In this document: in pieces, positions 17,751 through 27,070 of the stretch | Layout of the letters: every line of letters begins with the position of its first letter | How positions within the stretch are numbered: the stretch's first letter is position 1 | Virus record (IMG/VR): IMGVR_UViG_3300041409_000599 | Location: 1-64,000 of that record | Length of the DNA stretch: 64,000 nucleotides | Direction: 5' to 3' (one strand) | From: a virus | Notes under the pieces: model-generated | What the model was told of the DNA's origin: nothing | The model's input: the letters and a program-made list of their open reading frames with translations, nothing else | Databases searched by the model: none | Made by a program: the position numbers and the translations under genes

Positions 17751-19516
17751 AACTTTGCTTCCCCGAAAAAGTCCTCTTGCAGCACTTAATCGCCCTTGGC
17801 AAGACTGGCGCCGGCAAATCATCCGCGCTGCGCCACATTGTCGAACACCTGCTGCGCCACAAGAAGCGCGTCTGCATTGTCGACATCAAAGGCGACTGGT
17901 GGGGATTGAAGTCCTCAGCCGACGGCAAGAGCGCAGGCTTCCCCGTGGTCGCGTTTGGTGATTTCCGTGAGCCCAAAGCGCAGGATGTTCCCATCAACGC
18001 GCAGTCGGGCAAGCAGGTAGCTGAACTGATTGCCAGCGGCAACCGGCCGTGCATCATCGGCTTTCGTGGCTGGATGCCCAGCCAGGTCACCGACTTCTGG
18101 ATTGATTTCGCTTCCACGCTGTTCAACAAGAACGAAGGCGAACTGTTCGTCGTCATCTCCGAATGCCACAACTATGCGCCCAAGGGCAAGGTGCTGGACC
18201 CTAAAGCCGGAAAGGTGCTGCATTGGACGAACCGGCTATTGAGCGAAGGCCGCGGCCTGGGCATGACGTTCCTGCTCGATTCGCAGCGGCCACAGAAGGT
18301 CCACAACGACACGCTGACATCGTGCGAGACGCTGATCGCGATGCGTGTCACCCACGCAGCCGACCGCAACGCGCTGAAAGACTGGATTGACGGATGCGGC
18401 GACAAAGCTACCGGAACCGAAGTACTGAACACTGTCGCCGGGATGGCGCGCGGCGAGGGCTGGGTATGGTCGCCTGAAATTGGCTTCGGCCCGCAGCGCA
18501 TCCAGTTCCCGATGTTTGAGACGTTCGATTCCTTCGCGCCGGCACAGCTTCAGAACAAAGTCAGTGACAGCGGATGGTCGACGGTCGATCTCGAAGTGGT
18601 CAAGAGCAAGCTGGCCAAGGTGATTGAGGAAGCGAAGGAGAACGATCCTGCTGCGCTGAAGGCTGAGGTAGTCCGCTTGAAGCGCGTCGTCATTGAGCAG
18701 CAGACCGCGCAAGGTAAGCCGGATCATAGCGAGCAGGCCATTCTGAAGCGGATACAAACGGCCATCGAAGAACGCGACAAGGATTGGCGCTTTGCCATTG
18801 ACGTGTTCAAGCGGCAACTCAATAACCGCTATGTTGAAGTGGTCGAGACGATAGGGAAGGCATTCAAAGACATTTCTTTTCCATGGCCGGCCGATGTCCT
18901 GGTCGTATCGCCACCGTCTGCGAAAGTCGGCGGCATAGCAATCCGCACCGATCCCACCATGTCGCGTACCCAGGTCGACATCCAAGACCGGAATGGGCGC
19001 AGACCGGCGATCACCAACATCGGCTCCAGCAATGGCCACGGCGGTGAATCGCTCAGCGGACCGCAGCGCCAGATACTGCAACGTCTGGCCGAGTTTACGG
19101 CCTGCGGCCGTTCGTCTGTTCGCCTGTCATGGCTGGCTGCTTCTATGGGGACCACGGTTCGCGCCCGCGGCTTTGAAGAAAATATGCGCTCGCTAACCAA
19201 AGGCGGATTCGTCACAAAGCCTGATGGTGAATCAGTTAGGGCCACAGCAGAGGGGGAAGCGATAAGTGGTCGCCCCTCGCCACTATCAGGAGAAATCCTG
19301 CGCGCCAAGATCACGCAAATGCTCTCCGGTTCACAGGCTGACATCCTCCGCTACCTGATTGAAAGCCAGAGAGAAGAAGCGATTGAGCACGTAGCGGCTC
19401 GTTTCGATACGACCGTGCGCGCCCGCGGATTCGAGGAGAACATCCGTTTCCTGCGCAGCAATGACCTGATTGAAACCAACGGCGGCCAGGTCAGAGCGGC
19501 AGACTGGATTTTGTAG
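17747..19516 (+). CDS. HerA/DUF87-like P-loop ATPase with duplicated C-terminal wHTH
   Basis: GKTGAGKS, CIVDIKGDWWGL, GRGLG, SQRP; repeat TTVRARGFEEN x2. Confidence 0.8.
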   Translation: MKLCFPEKVLLQHLIALGKTGAGKSSALRHIVEHLLRHKKRVCIVDIKGDWWGLKSSADGKSAGFPVVAFGDFREPKAQDVPINAQSGKQVAELIASGNRPCIIGFRGWMPSQVTDFWIDFASTLFNKNEGELFVVISECHNYAPKGKVLDPKAGKVLHWTNRLLSEGRGLGMTFLLDSQRPQKVHNDTLTSCETLIAMRVTHAADRNALKDWIDGCGDKATGTEVLNTVAGMARGEGWVWSPEIGFGPQRIQFPMFETFDSFAPAQLQNKVSDSGWSTVDLEVVKSKLAKVIEEAKENDPAALKAEVVRLKRVVIEQQTAQGKPDHSEQAILKRIQTAIEERDKDWRFAIDVFKRQLNNRYVEVVETIGKAFKDISFPWPADVLVVSPPSAKVGGIAIRTDPTMSRTQVDIQDRNGRRPAITNIGSSNGHGGESLSGPQRQILQRLAEFTACGRSSVRLSWLAASMGTTVRARGFEENMRSLTKGGFVTKPDGESVRATAEGEAISGRPSPLSGEILRAKITQMLSGSQADILRYLIESQREEAIEHVAARFDTTVRARGFEENIRFLRSNDLIETNGGQVRAADWIL

Positions 19517-19662
19517 AACGGCCATCACGGGGAGATGGCAGAAAGGCACGGTGAAAAATGTAAGACGAACGACAAACAGCGAAGTATTCATCCACTTCAA
19601 TTTGGAGCCCGTACTTTGGCGAGTTTCGCGGCCCCACTTTAACCAGCCAACGAGGAGACACA

Positions 19663-19980
19663 ATGGAAAGCAGCCAGCCGTCCACCAAAGAACAATTAGC
19701 GCAGGTCATCGCGCAGAGCTATTCGTGCGGCATTTTATATAGCGAATTTGTACGTGAAGCCAAGAAGCGCTTCGTCGCGCACGTACTCAGAGAGAACCGC
19801 GGCAACCAAAGCAAGGCCGCCCGCGAACTGGGCATGCATCGCAACACCCTCAGCCGCACCATTGCCGAACTGAGACTCAGTCCAGCCGAGTGGGATCCAA
19901 ACCGCCAGCTCGCCGGCCGCTTTCCGTCAACGCGTTCCGCAACCACACCGGCAGGCAGGCAGAGAGCGCTCGGAGCGTAA
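19663..19980 (+). CDS. Fis-family HTH protein
   Basis: VLRENRGNQSKAARELGMHRNTLSRTI. Confidence 0.88.
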   Translation: MESSQPSTKEQLAQVIAQSYSCGILYSEFVREAKKRFVAHVLRENRGNQSKAARELGMHRNTLSRTIAELRLSPAEWDPNRQLAGRFPSTRSATTPAGRQRALGA

Positions 19981-19989
19981 GGGCGAATT

Positions 19990-20238
19990 ATGGCGACGGT
20001 CTATTACGGACAGGTCAATCCGGGAAGGTACGCAGCGGGCTCAACGGCGCACTATGCCGTGCTGCAGGAAGAACTGTCGCGGCTGAAGGCGGGCGACACG
20101 TTCACCGCAACGTTCCCGGGCAAGTACTCGGCCACGTGCGCGCGCAACGCTCTGACGCTTTACTGCCGCAACAAGCTTTTGTACCAGGTGGAATCACATC
20201 AGCGCGGCAACGTGCTGGAGATCAAGAGGACGAAGTAA
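19990..20238 (+). CDS. Hypothetical (possible DNA-binding) protein
   Basis: 82-aa ORF in the operon. Confidence 0.55.
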   Translation: MATVYYGQVNPGRYAAGSTAHYAVLQEELSRLKAGDTFTATFPGKYSATCARNALTLYCRNKLLYQVESHQRGNVLEIKRTK

Positions 20239-20241
20239 ACC

Positions 20242-20661
20242 ATGCAGACATTGACCGCTCGACAGTACAGCGTGTTCGCCTTCATCGCCGATTTCATGAT
20301 CGAAAAAGGCTACAGCCCAAGCCATGATGAAATCGGCAAAGCACTAGGGTTAAGTTCGCTCGCCACGGTTCACAAGCACGTAAAAACTCTGTGCGACAAA
20401 GGCCATTTAACGCACGATTACAACCGCTCGCGCTCCCTGAAATTGACAGCGCAGGCGGAGAGTTGGCACCGAAGGCGGAGCGCTGGAAAATCCCATCGAT
20501 GCGCAAACTGCATAGAAACCGCCCGCGTTCTGGATGAAATCATCACCCAAGCCAGCCCAGAGGCAATTCGCAGCGCGATCGCCAACGTGAGCACCGGAAT
20601 AAAAGCTGCACTCAGGGCGCGTGTTGATCCGCAGTTCGCCAAAGAAGCATTTCAGGACTGA
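20242..20661 (+). CDS. LexA DNA-binding-domain protein lacking the S24 peptidase
   Basis: LTARQ..VF.FI...GYSPSHDEIGKALGLSSLATVHKHV..L..KG.L....NRSRSL. Confidence 0.88.
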   Translation: MQTLTARQYSVFAFIADFMIEKGYSPSHDEIGKALGLSSLATVHKHVKTLCDKGHLTHDYNRSRSLKLTAQAESWHRRRSAGKSHRCANCIETARVLDEIITQASPEAIRSAIANVSTGIKAALRARVDPQFAKEAFQD

Positions 20662-20671
20662 GAGTGAGCGC

Positions 20672-20977
20672 ATGACCCCCACCGCCAAGATGATCGAAGT
20701 TATTCGCCGCATCCCCAAAGGCAAGGTGATGACATACGGCGATGTGGCCTACGTCGCCGGCTTCCCGCTCTGTGCTCGCGTTGTGGGCGCTGCGCTGAAT
20801 AAGTCGCCTGATCTTCCCTGGGAGCGCGTGGTCGGCGCTGACGGCAAGATCCTGCGGCCGGGGATTCTCGGGCAGGAACAGAGGCTGCGCCTGGAACAGC
20901 AGGGCGTGGAGTTCATCGGCCTGCGCGTCGACATGAAACGTTTCCGCTGCATGTTCAAGGAGGTTGCCGGTGCCTGA
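20672..20977 (+). CDS. Alkyltransferase-like (ATL/YbaZ, MGMT family) protein
   Basis: IPKGKVMTYGDVA...ARVVG...PWERVV (Trp in place of the catalytic Cys). Confidence 0.88.
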   Translation: MTPTAKMIEVIRRIPKGKVMTYGDVAYVAGFPLCARVVGAALNKSPDLPWERVVGADGKILRPGILGQEQRLRLEQQGVEFIGLRVDMKRFRCMFKEVAGA

Positions 20978-21314
20978 AACCGACCAACTTAGTCTGATCG
21001 ATCCGCTCGCGCCAGCCGAAGAAAAACTCACCGCCTGGGCCCTGATTGAACTATTCGGCCACCAGCGCGTTGTCGGCAAAATGACGGTTGACCCGCCTGA
21101 GTTTCCCGGCATGGTCCGCGTCGACGTTCCCGATCTGCTGAAAGATAAAAAGGTCGTGCGCAAAGGATTCACTCGTTATCTTGGCCGCGCTTCCATCTAT
21201 GGCGTTACGCCGATCGACGAAGAGACCGTGCGCGATCTGCTGCCTTCGGTCGACGGCACGCCAGCCCGTCCGCTTGGACTCAGGAGCTACAGCAGAAACG
21301 AGGAAGACTACTGA
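20964..21314 (+). CDS. Phage hypothetical protein
   Basis: WALIELFGHQRVVG...RVDVP...SIYGVTP motif. Confidence 0.7.
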   Translation: MPVPETDQLSLIDPLAPAEEKLTAWALIELFGHQRVVGKMTVDPPEFPGMVRVDVPDLLKDKKVVRKGFTRYLGRASIYGVTPIDEETVRDLLPSVDGTPARPLGLRSYSRNEEDY

Positions 21315-21841
21315 TGCTTAACCTCTCGCCCAGATTCGCCAAGCGCCGCGACGACCTCTTCCGATCCCAGCAAGGCCGTGCCCGCGGCAAAACCAGCAGC
21401 AAGACCGGCCGCGTCATTCGCCACGGCTACCTGCTCCCCTTCGACAAAAAGCAGTTCACCGCATGGCTGCTGGACAAATTCGGCGGCGAGAACAACGCCA
21501 TCCTCTGCCGCTACTGCCGCCGCCCCATCGACGTTTACAACTGCCAGCTTGACCACGGCGTCCCCATCTCGCGCGCCGGATCTCCGGGCCTGCCAAACAT
21601 CGATCCCGTATGCGAGCCATGCAACCACGTGAAAGGGAAGCTGACTCCGGATGAATTTGATTTCTTCCTGGTGAAGCTGCGCGAACTGGCTGACCACTTC
21701 CACAACGGCATTGCCGCCCAGGACATCAGCCATCGACTGGAAAGCTATTCAGCCATGAAAGCCACGGTCAACCGCGCGCATGCCGGCAGGAAGACAGCAG
21801 CGGCGCCGGTGCCAGCGGTCGAAGACGACCCAGACTTCTAA
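21314..21841 (+). CDS. HNH endonuclease
   Basis: CRYC...LDHGVPISRAG...NI..VCEPCNHVKG. Confidence 0.88.
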   Translation: MLNLSPRFAKRRDDLFRSQQGRARGKTSSKTGRVIRHGYLLPFDKKQFTAWLLDKFGGENNAILCRYCRRPIDVYNCQLDHGVPISRAGSPGLPNIDPVCEPCNHVKGKLTPDEFDFFLVKLRELADHFHNGIAAQDISHRLESYSAMKATVNRAHAGRKTAAAPVPAVEDDPDF

Positions 21842-21852
21842 AAGGAGAAACA

Positions 21853-22083
21853 ATGTCACAAACTGAAGCCAGCGATTCCAGCATCACCGACCTATTCACC
21901 TATCACAAACCGGACGAGGTCCAGCAGGCACAATACACGCGCGTCAACGCTGCTGCGGCCGTTCTGTACGAAGCCATCATGAATAGCTGCCCTCCCTGCG
22001 CCGACCGCAGCCACGCCCTGCGTTTGGTGCGCGATGCCAAACAGTGGGCCAATACCGCGATCGCGCTGAAAGGCAGAATCTGA
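21853..22083 (+). CDS. Acb2/Tad1-like small helical protein (candidate nucleotide-signal sponge)
   Basis: FTYHKP..VQ..QY...CP..ADRSHAL..VRDAKQWANTAIA. Confidence 0.7.
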   Translation: MSQTEASDSSITDLFTYHKPDEVQQAQYTRVNAAAAVLYEAIMNSCPPCADRSHALRLVRDAKQWANTAIALKGRI

Positions 22084-22382
22084 ACGAAGCCGCACAACTC
22101 GCCCTCGAAGACTTCGAACGCGAATACGAGGGTGTAGTCTGCGCGGCCTGCCAGCAAGAGAAATGGCCTAGTTCGCCATTTTGTAAGAAGTGCTCCATCA
22201 AGCTTCAGCGGGCACACCTGATGCGGGAGCTAGACGGAATATCGCATGGCTACGGCAAGGATTTACAGGAATGGACCGAGTATGCGCTTCAGGCCTACTG
22301 GCGTCATTACGATACCTGCCGCGATTTCCTGATCGACGTACGCAGACATTTTAATTCGGAGAAAGAGAGGACAGAAGCATGA
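22044..22382 (+). CDS. Zinc-finger hypothetical protein
   Basis: CAAC...CKKC; start uncertain. Confidence 0.5.
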   Translation: MGQYRDRAERQNLNEAAQLALEDFEREYEGVVCAACQQEKWPSSPFCKKCSIKLQRAHLMRELDGISHGYGKDLQEWTEYALQAYWRHYDTCRDFLIDVRRHFNSEKERTEA

Positions 22383-22981
22383 CTAGAGCCAACGGCAAAG
22401 CGCCGGCGGATCCACGCAATTCATTTTTCCCCGGCAAAAAGCGCCAGGTCACACTGGAGAACTGGTCGCCCAAACGGAACACTGAAGGCGAAAGACGCAT
22501 CCTGTTCAAATTCAAGATGCCCATCACCGGACAGCCCCTTACCGGCTTCCCTGATTTTCTCAATGAAGGCTTTCACGCTGTGGAAAAGGAACGCTCCGGC
22601 GGCGTCTTCACCTCTGACAGCGAGCTCGAGGCCATGGCCATCGAGTACTTTGATACCGCTGACAGCCCGGAAAAGATCACCCGGGCCGTCGGCGTCACCC
22701 TGCAGGGACTGACCCTTCAGCGCGAGAAGGAAGGCGAGAGCTACGTTACCGTCCTGCGCTATCACTACACCGTGCCATGGTTCAAAGGGCTGTGGCGCTT
22801 CGTTGACACCTACTGGGGCAAGGAACTGTTTTGCGACTTCACCCCCAGCGCGGACTACGTGCCGGACCAGGACGGCGATCGCACCAAGCAGATGAAGCTG
22901 GGCGACAAGAACGAAGACGAAGAAGGCGACGGCATGCCGCACCAGACCAAAGAGCGTGCCGCGGCAGTGCAAGAGGCGTAA
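22379..22981 (+). CDS. Hypothetical protein
   Basis: ATGA coupling, 200 aa. Confidence 0.65.
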   Translation: MTRANGKAPADPRNSFFPGKKRQVTLENWSPKRNTEGERRILFKFKMPITGQPLTGFPDFLNEGFHAVEKERSGGVFTSDSELEAMAIEYFDTADSPEKITRAVGVTLQGLTLQREKEGESYVTVLRYHYTVPWFKGLWRFVDTYWGKELFCDFTPSADYVPDQDGDRTKQMKLGDKNEDEEGDGMPHQTKERAAAVQEA

Positions 22982-23112
22982 AACCGAAAAGGGCTCGGCA
23001 GGGAGCCCTGTACGGGAATGAGCGCGACACGGCGGAGAGAGTGGAGGATGCAATGAACAACGATTGGAACGCAGGAGAATCACTCAAAATTCACGATAAA
23101 CGCGGAGGGAAT

Positions 23113-23373
23113 ATGGAAGTGAAAGTGTGGAGCGTTGGCGAGGATTCGGAATTGTACGCAGCTAAATCTGAGCAGGAACTGCGTGCCTATTTAGACGAAA
23201 CTCTCGGAAAAGAAGATGCTGCGGAAGCGGTCGCTGCTCATTTCGAGGAGTTGACCGACCTTGATGATGAACGCGAATTCTACTGTGACGGCGAGGTGAA
23301 ATGGCTTTCGTATCGGCAACTCATAGCGATGAATGACCCTGCCCCAACACAGATAAGCACGAGCTACAACTAG
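23113..23373 (+). CDS. Acidic hypothetical protein
   Basis: SD GGAGG before ATG 23113. Confidence 0.5.
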   Translation: MEVKVWSVGEDSELYAAKSEQELRAYLDETLGKEDAAEAVAAHFEELTDLDDEREFYCDGEVKWLSYRQLIAMNDPAPTQISTSYN

Positions 23374-23387
23374 GAAAGCGTGAGCCC

Positions 23388-23681
23388 ATGAGCGCGACAC
23401 AAGAGCGGAGAGAGCGGAAGGGTAAAACTATGCGACTAACTCAGAAAGAAACCTTAGCCATGTTCCGCAACGAATGTTATTCGGGCATGGGGATTGTAAA
23501 CGGTGAGCCGAAGCCAACTGATAGCGAGTGCATTAAGTGGATGGTGCGAGTGCGGCTTCACGCTGAAAAGTTGCAGGTCGGGCCGCAGCTACCTTCGTTG
23601 GGAATGCTCCCACCGTGGCGAGAGTGGATCAAGCAGCCATTGCCATTAGCAGTCTACGTGGACAGGAGCAAGAACAGATGA
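23388..23681 (+). CDS. Hypothetical protein
   Basis: ORF in a coupled chain. Confidence 0.45.
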   Translation: MSATQERRERKGKTMRLTQKETLAMFRNECYSGMGIVNGEPKPTDSECIKWMVRVRLHAEKLQVGPQLPSLGMLPPWREWIKQPLPLAVYVDRSKNR

Positions 23682-23920
23682 GCAGCGATAGCAGCAAGCC
23701 GCGCAACGCAATAAGGAATAGAAAGTGGATTCCGTTCAATCTGGCATTTCCGAAAGAAGGATTGCTGGTAAGGGTGCGCCTTAATCCAGAAAACGCGCTC
23801 AAGGCAACCCGGCTGGAGCACATGGTAGGCAGATGGCGCGGGAAGATGCTCTACCAGTGCGGGGAAACCTACAGCTATTACACCTATTTCTCACACTGGA
23901 GAAACGAGGAGCGGCCATGA
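23678..23920 (+). CDS. Hypothetical protein (DUF551-like W..P...HW pattern)
   Basis: WIPF...PKEG...SHW; ATGA coupling. Confidence 0.45.
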   Translation: MSSDSSKPRNAIRNRKWIPFNLAFPKEGLLVRVRLNPENALKATRLEHMVGRWRGKMLYQCGETYSYYTYFSHWRNEERP

Positions 23921-25167
23921 CCGAGAAGCCCAACAGCGTTTGTAAGTGGTGCGAAGAGCCTGAATCTAATCACCACCACGGAGTGTGCTCTATTCCGGTT
24001 CATATGATGTTTGAACCCGTGGCCGAACCCGCAGAGCCGAGTACATCGCCGGATTTAGGCCCTGTAATCAGTCAGGACGAAGCCTCTGCCAAAGGTAACG
24101 CCGCCTATTCGACTACGCTGAAAGTGCTGGAGAAAATAAGAAGCGCAGAGCCTACAGCAGCGGGGCATGACTGCGCGAAGTCAGGATTCAATCCACTAAT
24201 CAGCACATGTAGACAATGTCCCGCCCCGCAGCCAGTAATCGCCTGCCCGGGGATAGCCGCCTGCACCCAGAAAGAGGCTTGCCTGAAGGTCAACAGGTGT
24301 TTGATTAATCTGCCGCAGCCAGTAGCCGGAGAGGGGCCGGACGGGAATCTACGAAGGCTTGCACTAGAAGCATGTGACGGTTTTAATGCTCAGCCGAATC
24401 ATGGTTCACCTGAGGCCAAGAGGATCATGGATGCGCTGAGAGTAGCAGCCACAGCTCCCGAGGGAACGCCGAAGCTGGAAGAGGTCGCGGCCCGTCAGTT
24501 AAATGCTTTGACTGAATTTGCAGGCTGGTATCCGACTGGCGAACGCCGCATCAAGACGCTTGCAATTTTAGCCGACATTCTCCGCCCCTTCATCACCCCA
24601 GCCTGCGCGCCTCCGGCAGATTTATTAGAAGCATGGCATCACTTACGAGGCCAGATAGAAGCGGTGCTAGCAGGCAATCCGGTGAAGTGTTTCGATGAAA
24701 CGATGTCGGCAATGAATATCGCGGTTAGGCGAGCGGCGACCCCAGCCAGCACAGGGGAGGCGGGAAAGTGGGAAGAGCCATCCGAGTTGAAAATGGAAGC
24801 GGCAAAGGCGCACGTCCGGGAGTTCTTTCCTGATAGCGATCCCGATGCGATAGAAGCCTTGGCGAGAAGCCATATTCAATACGTCGCCTCTGTAAAAGAC
24901 GAAGTTGCGGAGCAGATTGAAAAGGTGAGCACGGGGGAGGCGAACGGGTGGATTAGCGTTGAAGAGAGGTTGCCAATAAATCATGATCTAGTTCTGGTTC
25001 ATAGGGAAACGGGTACGGTAGACGTTGGCTGGCATCACATAACTGCCAAACGTTGGTACTCGGGCCATACTCGCCCAGACGGTAATTTCACAGAGCAATT
25101 CGTGACGCATTGGCAACCACTTCCACCCGCCCCCACCAGCGTACCCCAAGCGGAGCCGCCGAAATGA
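23917..25167 (+). CDS. Mosaic phage protein with C-terminal DUF551
   Basis: WISVEERLP...VTHWQPLPPAP. Confidence 0.75.
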   Translation: MTEKPNSVCKWCEEPESNHHHGVCSIPVHMMFEPVAEPAEPSTSPDLGPVISQDEASAKGNAAYSTTLKVLEKIRSAEPTAAGHDCAKSGFNPLISTCRQCPAPQPVIACPGIAACTQKEACLKVNRCLINLPQPVAGEGPDGNLRRLALEACDGFNAQPNHGSPEAKRIMDALRVAATAPEGTPKLEEVAARQLNALTEFAGWYPTGERRIKTLAILADILRPFITPACAPPADLLEAWHHLRGQIEAVLAGNPVKCFDETMSAMNIAVRRAATPASTGEAGKWEEPSELKMEAAKAHVREFFPDSDPDAIEALARSHIQYVASVKDEVAEQIEKVSTGEANGWISVEERLPINHDLVLVHRETGTVDVGWHHITAKRWYSGHTRPDGNFTEQFVTHWQPLPPAPTSVPQAEPPK

Positions 25168-25174
25168 GAGCCCC

Positions 25175-26251
25175 TTAGCGCCGTCTGCCCATCCGCGCCG
25201 GCTGGCCCTGCGCCTTCACCCGGTCCACTGTTTGGTTGTAGCGAATTAACGCACTCGTCAAATCACCCTGCTCGGCCAGGGGCGCAACCGCTTCCTTGGC
25301 AATCTGCTGCATCGTTTTGATCGTCGGCTCGGGATGGCTCATTGCCAGATACTTAGCCGCGTCGCGGGCATGGTTGTCTTTGTCGACGATTGCTTCAGCC
25401 ACGTTCCGCGTCAACAGCTGCTGGTTCGTCAGCTTAACGCGCCTGGTCCGCATCATCTCCCACAGCAGGTTGGGGCAATCCCAGTTGTGCAGCCCTGGCT
25501 GCGGCTTTTCTGACCAGTTGCGGCAAACGATCTTCAGCGTCGGCTCACGGTGCTCAAGGTTTGACCAGTGCATCATTACGCGGGCGGCAAAGCTTACGTC
25601 CATACGATCGCCAGCAAACGGCGAGAACAACTCTATCCCCTGCTCGCAATACAGTTCGTTGATTGACTTCGCGCGCTCCTGGACCTTGTTCGGTGTTTGC
25701 GATTGCTGCATGGTATCAGGGAAGATCGACGGGTCGGCGTAACAGGCCGAGACTTTCCTTATGTCGTCCATCTTCTTCAGGTACGGAACGTGCTGCCAGA
25801 CTTCGAGTCCCGGCATGTAGTACTCGCCGCAGAAGATGATCACGCCATCGTTGTCGACATATGCGCGCTCGAAGGCCGTTGGATTTGTCTTGCCATGGTC
25901 AAACCCGGCTTCGCAGCGCCATGTCGGATGCGGCTTGTAGCGCATATCGGTAATTACGATTTTGTCCCAGTGGTCGCGCAGAACGCTGGCGAATACCAGT
26001 TCACCGCCGCCGGCATCATCCATAATTTCCTGCTCTCTGTCCCAGTCGGCCTGGGATGTGTAGAGGGCGCGCTGAGTTTTCTTCCACGCCGGGTTGAGGT
26101 TGGGGTCGCGCTCAGGGTCTGCTGAGTAGTGCAGCTTGATTACGGGAATGCCGCCCTTCGTGCGTCTCACGCTCATACCGCGGACGATTTCAACAGGCGT
26201 CTGCGGCGTCACTTCGCGGGATTTCCTGAGTGCTTTCTTTACATCCATCAC
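25175..26251 (-). CDS. Terminase large subunit, nuclease half
   Basis: AGFDHGKTNPTA, YADPS, DKDNHARDAAKY RNase H-like acidic motifs. Confidence 0.85.
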   Translation of the reverse strand: MMDVKKALRKSREVTPQTPVEIVRGMSVRRTKGGIPVIKLHYSADPERDPNLNPAWKKTQRALYTSQADWDREQEIMDDAGGGELVFASVLRDHWDKIVITDMRYKPHPTWRCEAGFDHGKTNPTAFERAYVDNDGVIIFCGEYYMPGLEVWQHVPYLKKMDDIRKVSACYADPSIFPDTMQQSQTPNKVQERAKSINELYCEQGIELFSPFAGDRMDVSFAARVMMHWSNLEHREPTLKIVCRNWSEKPQPGLHNWDCPNLLWEMMRTRRVKLTNQQLLTRNVAEAIVDKDNHARDAAKYLAMSHPEPTIKTMQQIAKEAVAPLAEQGDLTSALIRYNQTVDRVKAQGQPARMGRRR

Positions 26252-27018
26252 AGTGAAATGTCCCTCTTCGCGTCAGCAAACCAGCCAGGGTTGGCCGAAC
26301 TGTTGAACACGATCTTTCCTTTGACGGCTGAGATTGATTCGTTGTAGCAATCGCCGGCATAGGGCTGGAATGCCGACTCGTCGTTGAACAGTCCCCACGG
26401 GTGATAGAACCTGATCTTGCCCTTGCCGCTGGGAATACGCAGGATCTCGGAACCGTTGGCAAAGGCCAGTATCTCTGCCGCCTGGGTGTCCGCCGGCTTT
26501 ACCAGTGGGTGAGCCTCTTTCAGCCAGTCCGGCTGATTGCCGTAGAGCACCTTGGCGTAATCAACCAGTTCTGTCGCTTTCTCGCCTTCCATGGTTTGGA
26601 ACAGCACGCGACGTTCCGGGAACTTCATCGCCTGCCACAGAAAGAATGCGACGATGCCCCATGACACCATCATGTCGCGGCTCTTCTCCCACCAGTAAAC
26701 CGGCTCGTCCGGATCCATCAACAGATCGAACATTGGCTGGAAGTAGGGCTTATCGGGGAAAGGCTCGTAAGGGCTGGGGCGATGTTCTTCTACCCAGTGA
26801 GGATTGAATGTTTTGGTGAAATGGCGGGCCCAATGGTAGGGATGGCGCGTAGCGTCGGCGACCTTCTCCATCAGCGTTTCAAGCTGCTGGGCCTGTTCGG
26901 TGGCTGAGCCTTGGGCCTGGGCTTTAAGACGGCGGGATTGATTGAGTTGGACCTGCGCAAAGACGCGCAAATCCAACGGCGCCGGGTTCTCCGGCGACCA
27001 CTGATCTAGTATGCTCAT
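26248..27018 (-). CDS. Terminase large subunit, ATPase half
   Basis: PFPDKPY, Walker A variant EKSRDMMVSW, FANGSEI, Walker B LFNDESAF, motif III SSA. Confidence 0.85.
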   Translation of the reverse strand: MSILDQWSPENPAPLDLRVFAQVQLNQSRRLKAQAQGSATEQAQQLETLMEKVADATRHPYHWARHFTKTFNPHWVEEHRPSPYEPFPDKPYFQPMFDLLMDPDEPVYWWEKSRDMMVSWGIVAFFLWQAMKFPERRVLFQTMEGEKATELVDYAKVLYGNQPDWLKEAHPLVKPADTQAAEILAFANGSEILRIPSGKGKIRFYHPWGLFNDESAFQPYAGDCYNESISAVKGKIVFNSSANPGWFADAKRDISL

Positions 27019-27021
27019 TCG

Positions 27022-27041
27022 ACAAATCGCTCAGAATTTGT
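27022..27041 (-). promoter_or_regulatory. CUGAGC-loop hairpin 3 nt before the TerL-ATPase start
   Basis: ACAAATT-CTGAGC-GATTTGT on the - strand. Confidence 0.6.
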
Positions 27042-27070
27042 AACGAACGAATCTGCTTTTAGGGGATACG

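Noticed and set aside
17747-19516. HerA-based anti-phage defence operon
   Set aside because: No Sir2, nuclease or other effector partner adjacent; embedded in the phage early operon
19519-19640. Possible structured RNA between the HerA-like and Fis-like genes
   Set aside because: Only short, unconvincing stems; no recognisable fold
22990-23009. AGGGCTC/GAGCCCT hairpin as terminator of the early operon
   Set aside because: The U-tract is on the - strand only, so it does not fit + strand termination; role unclear
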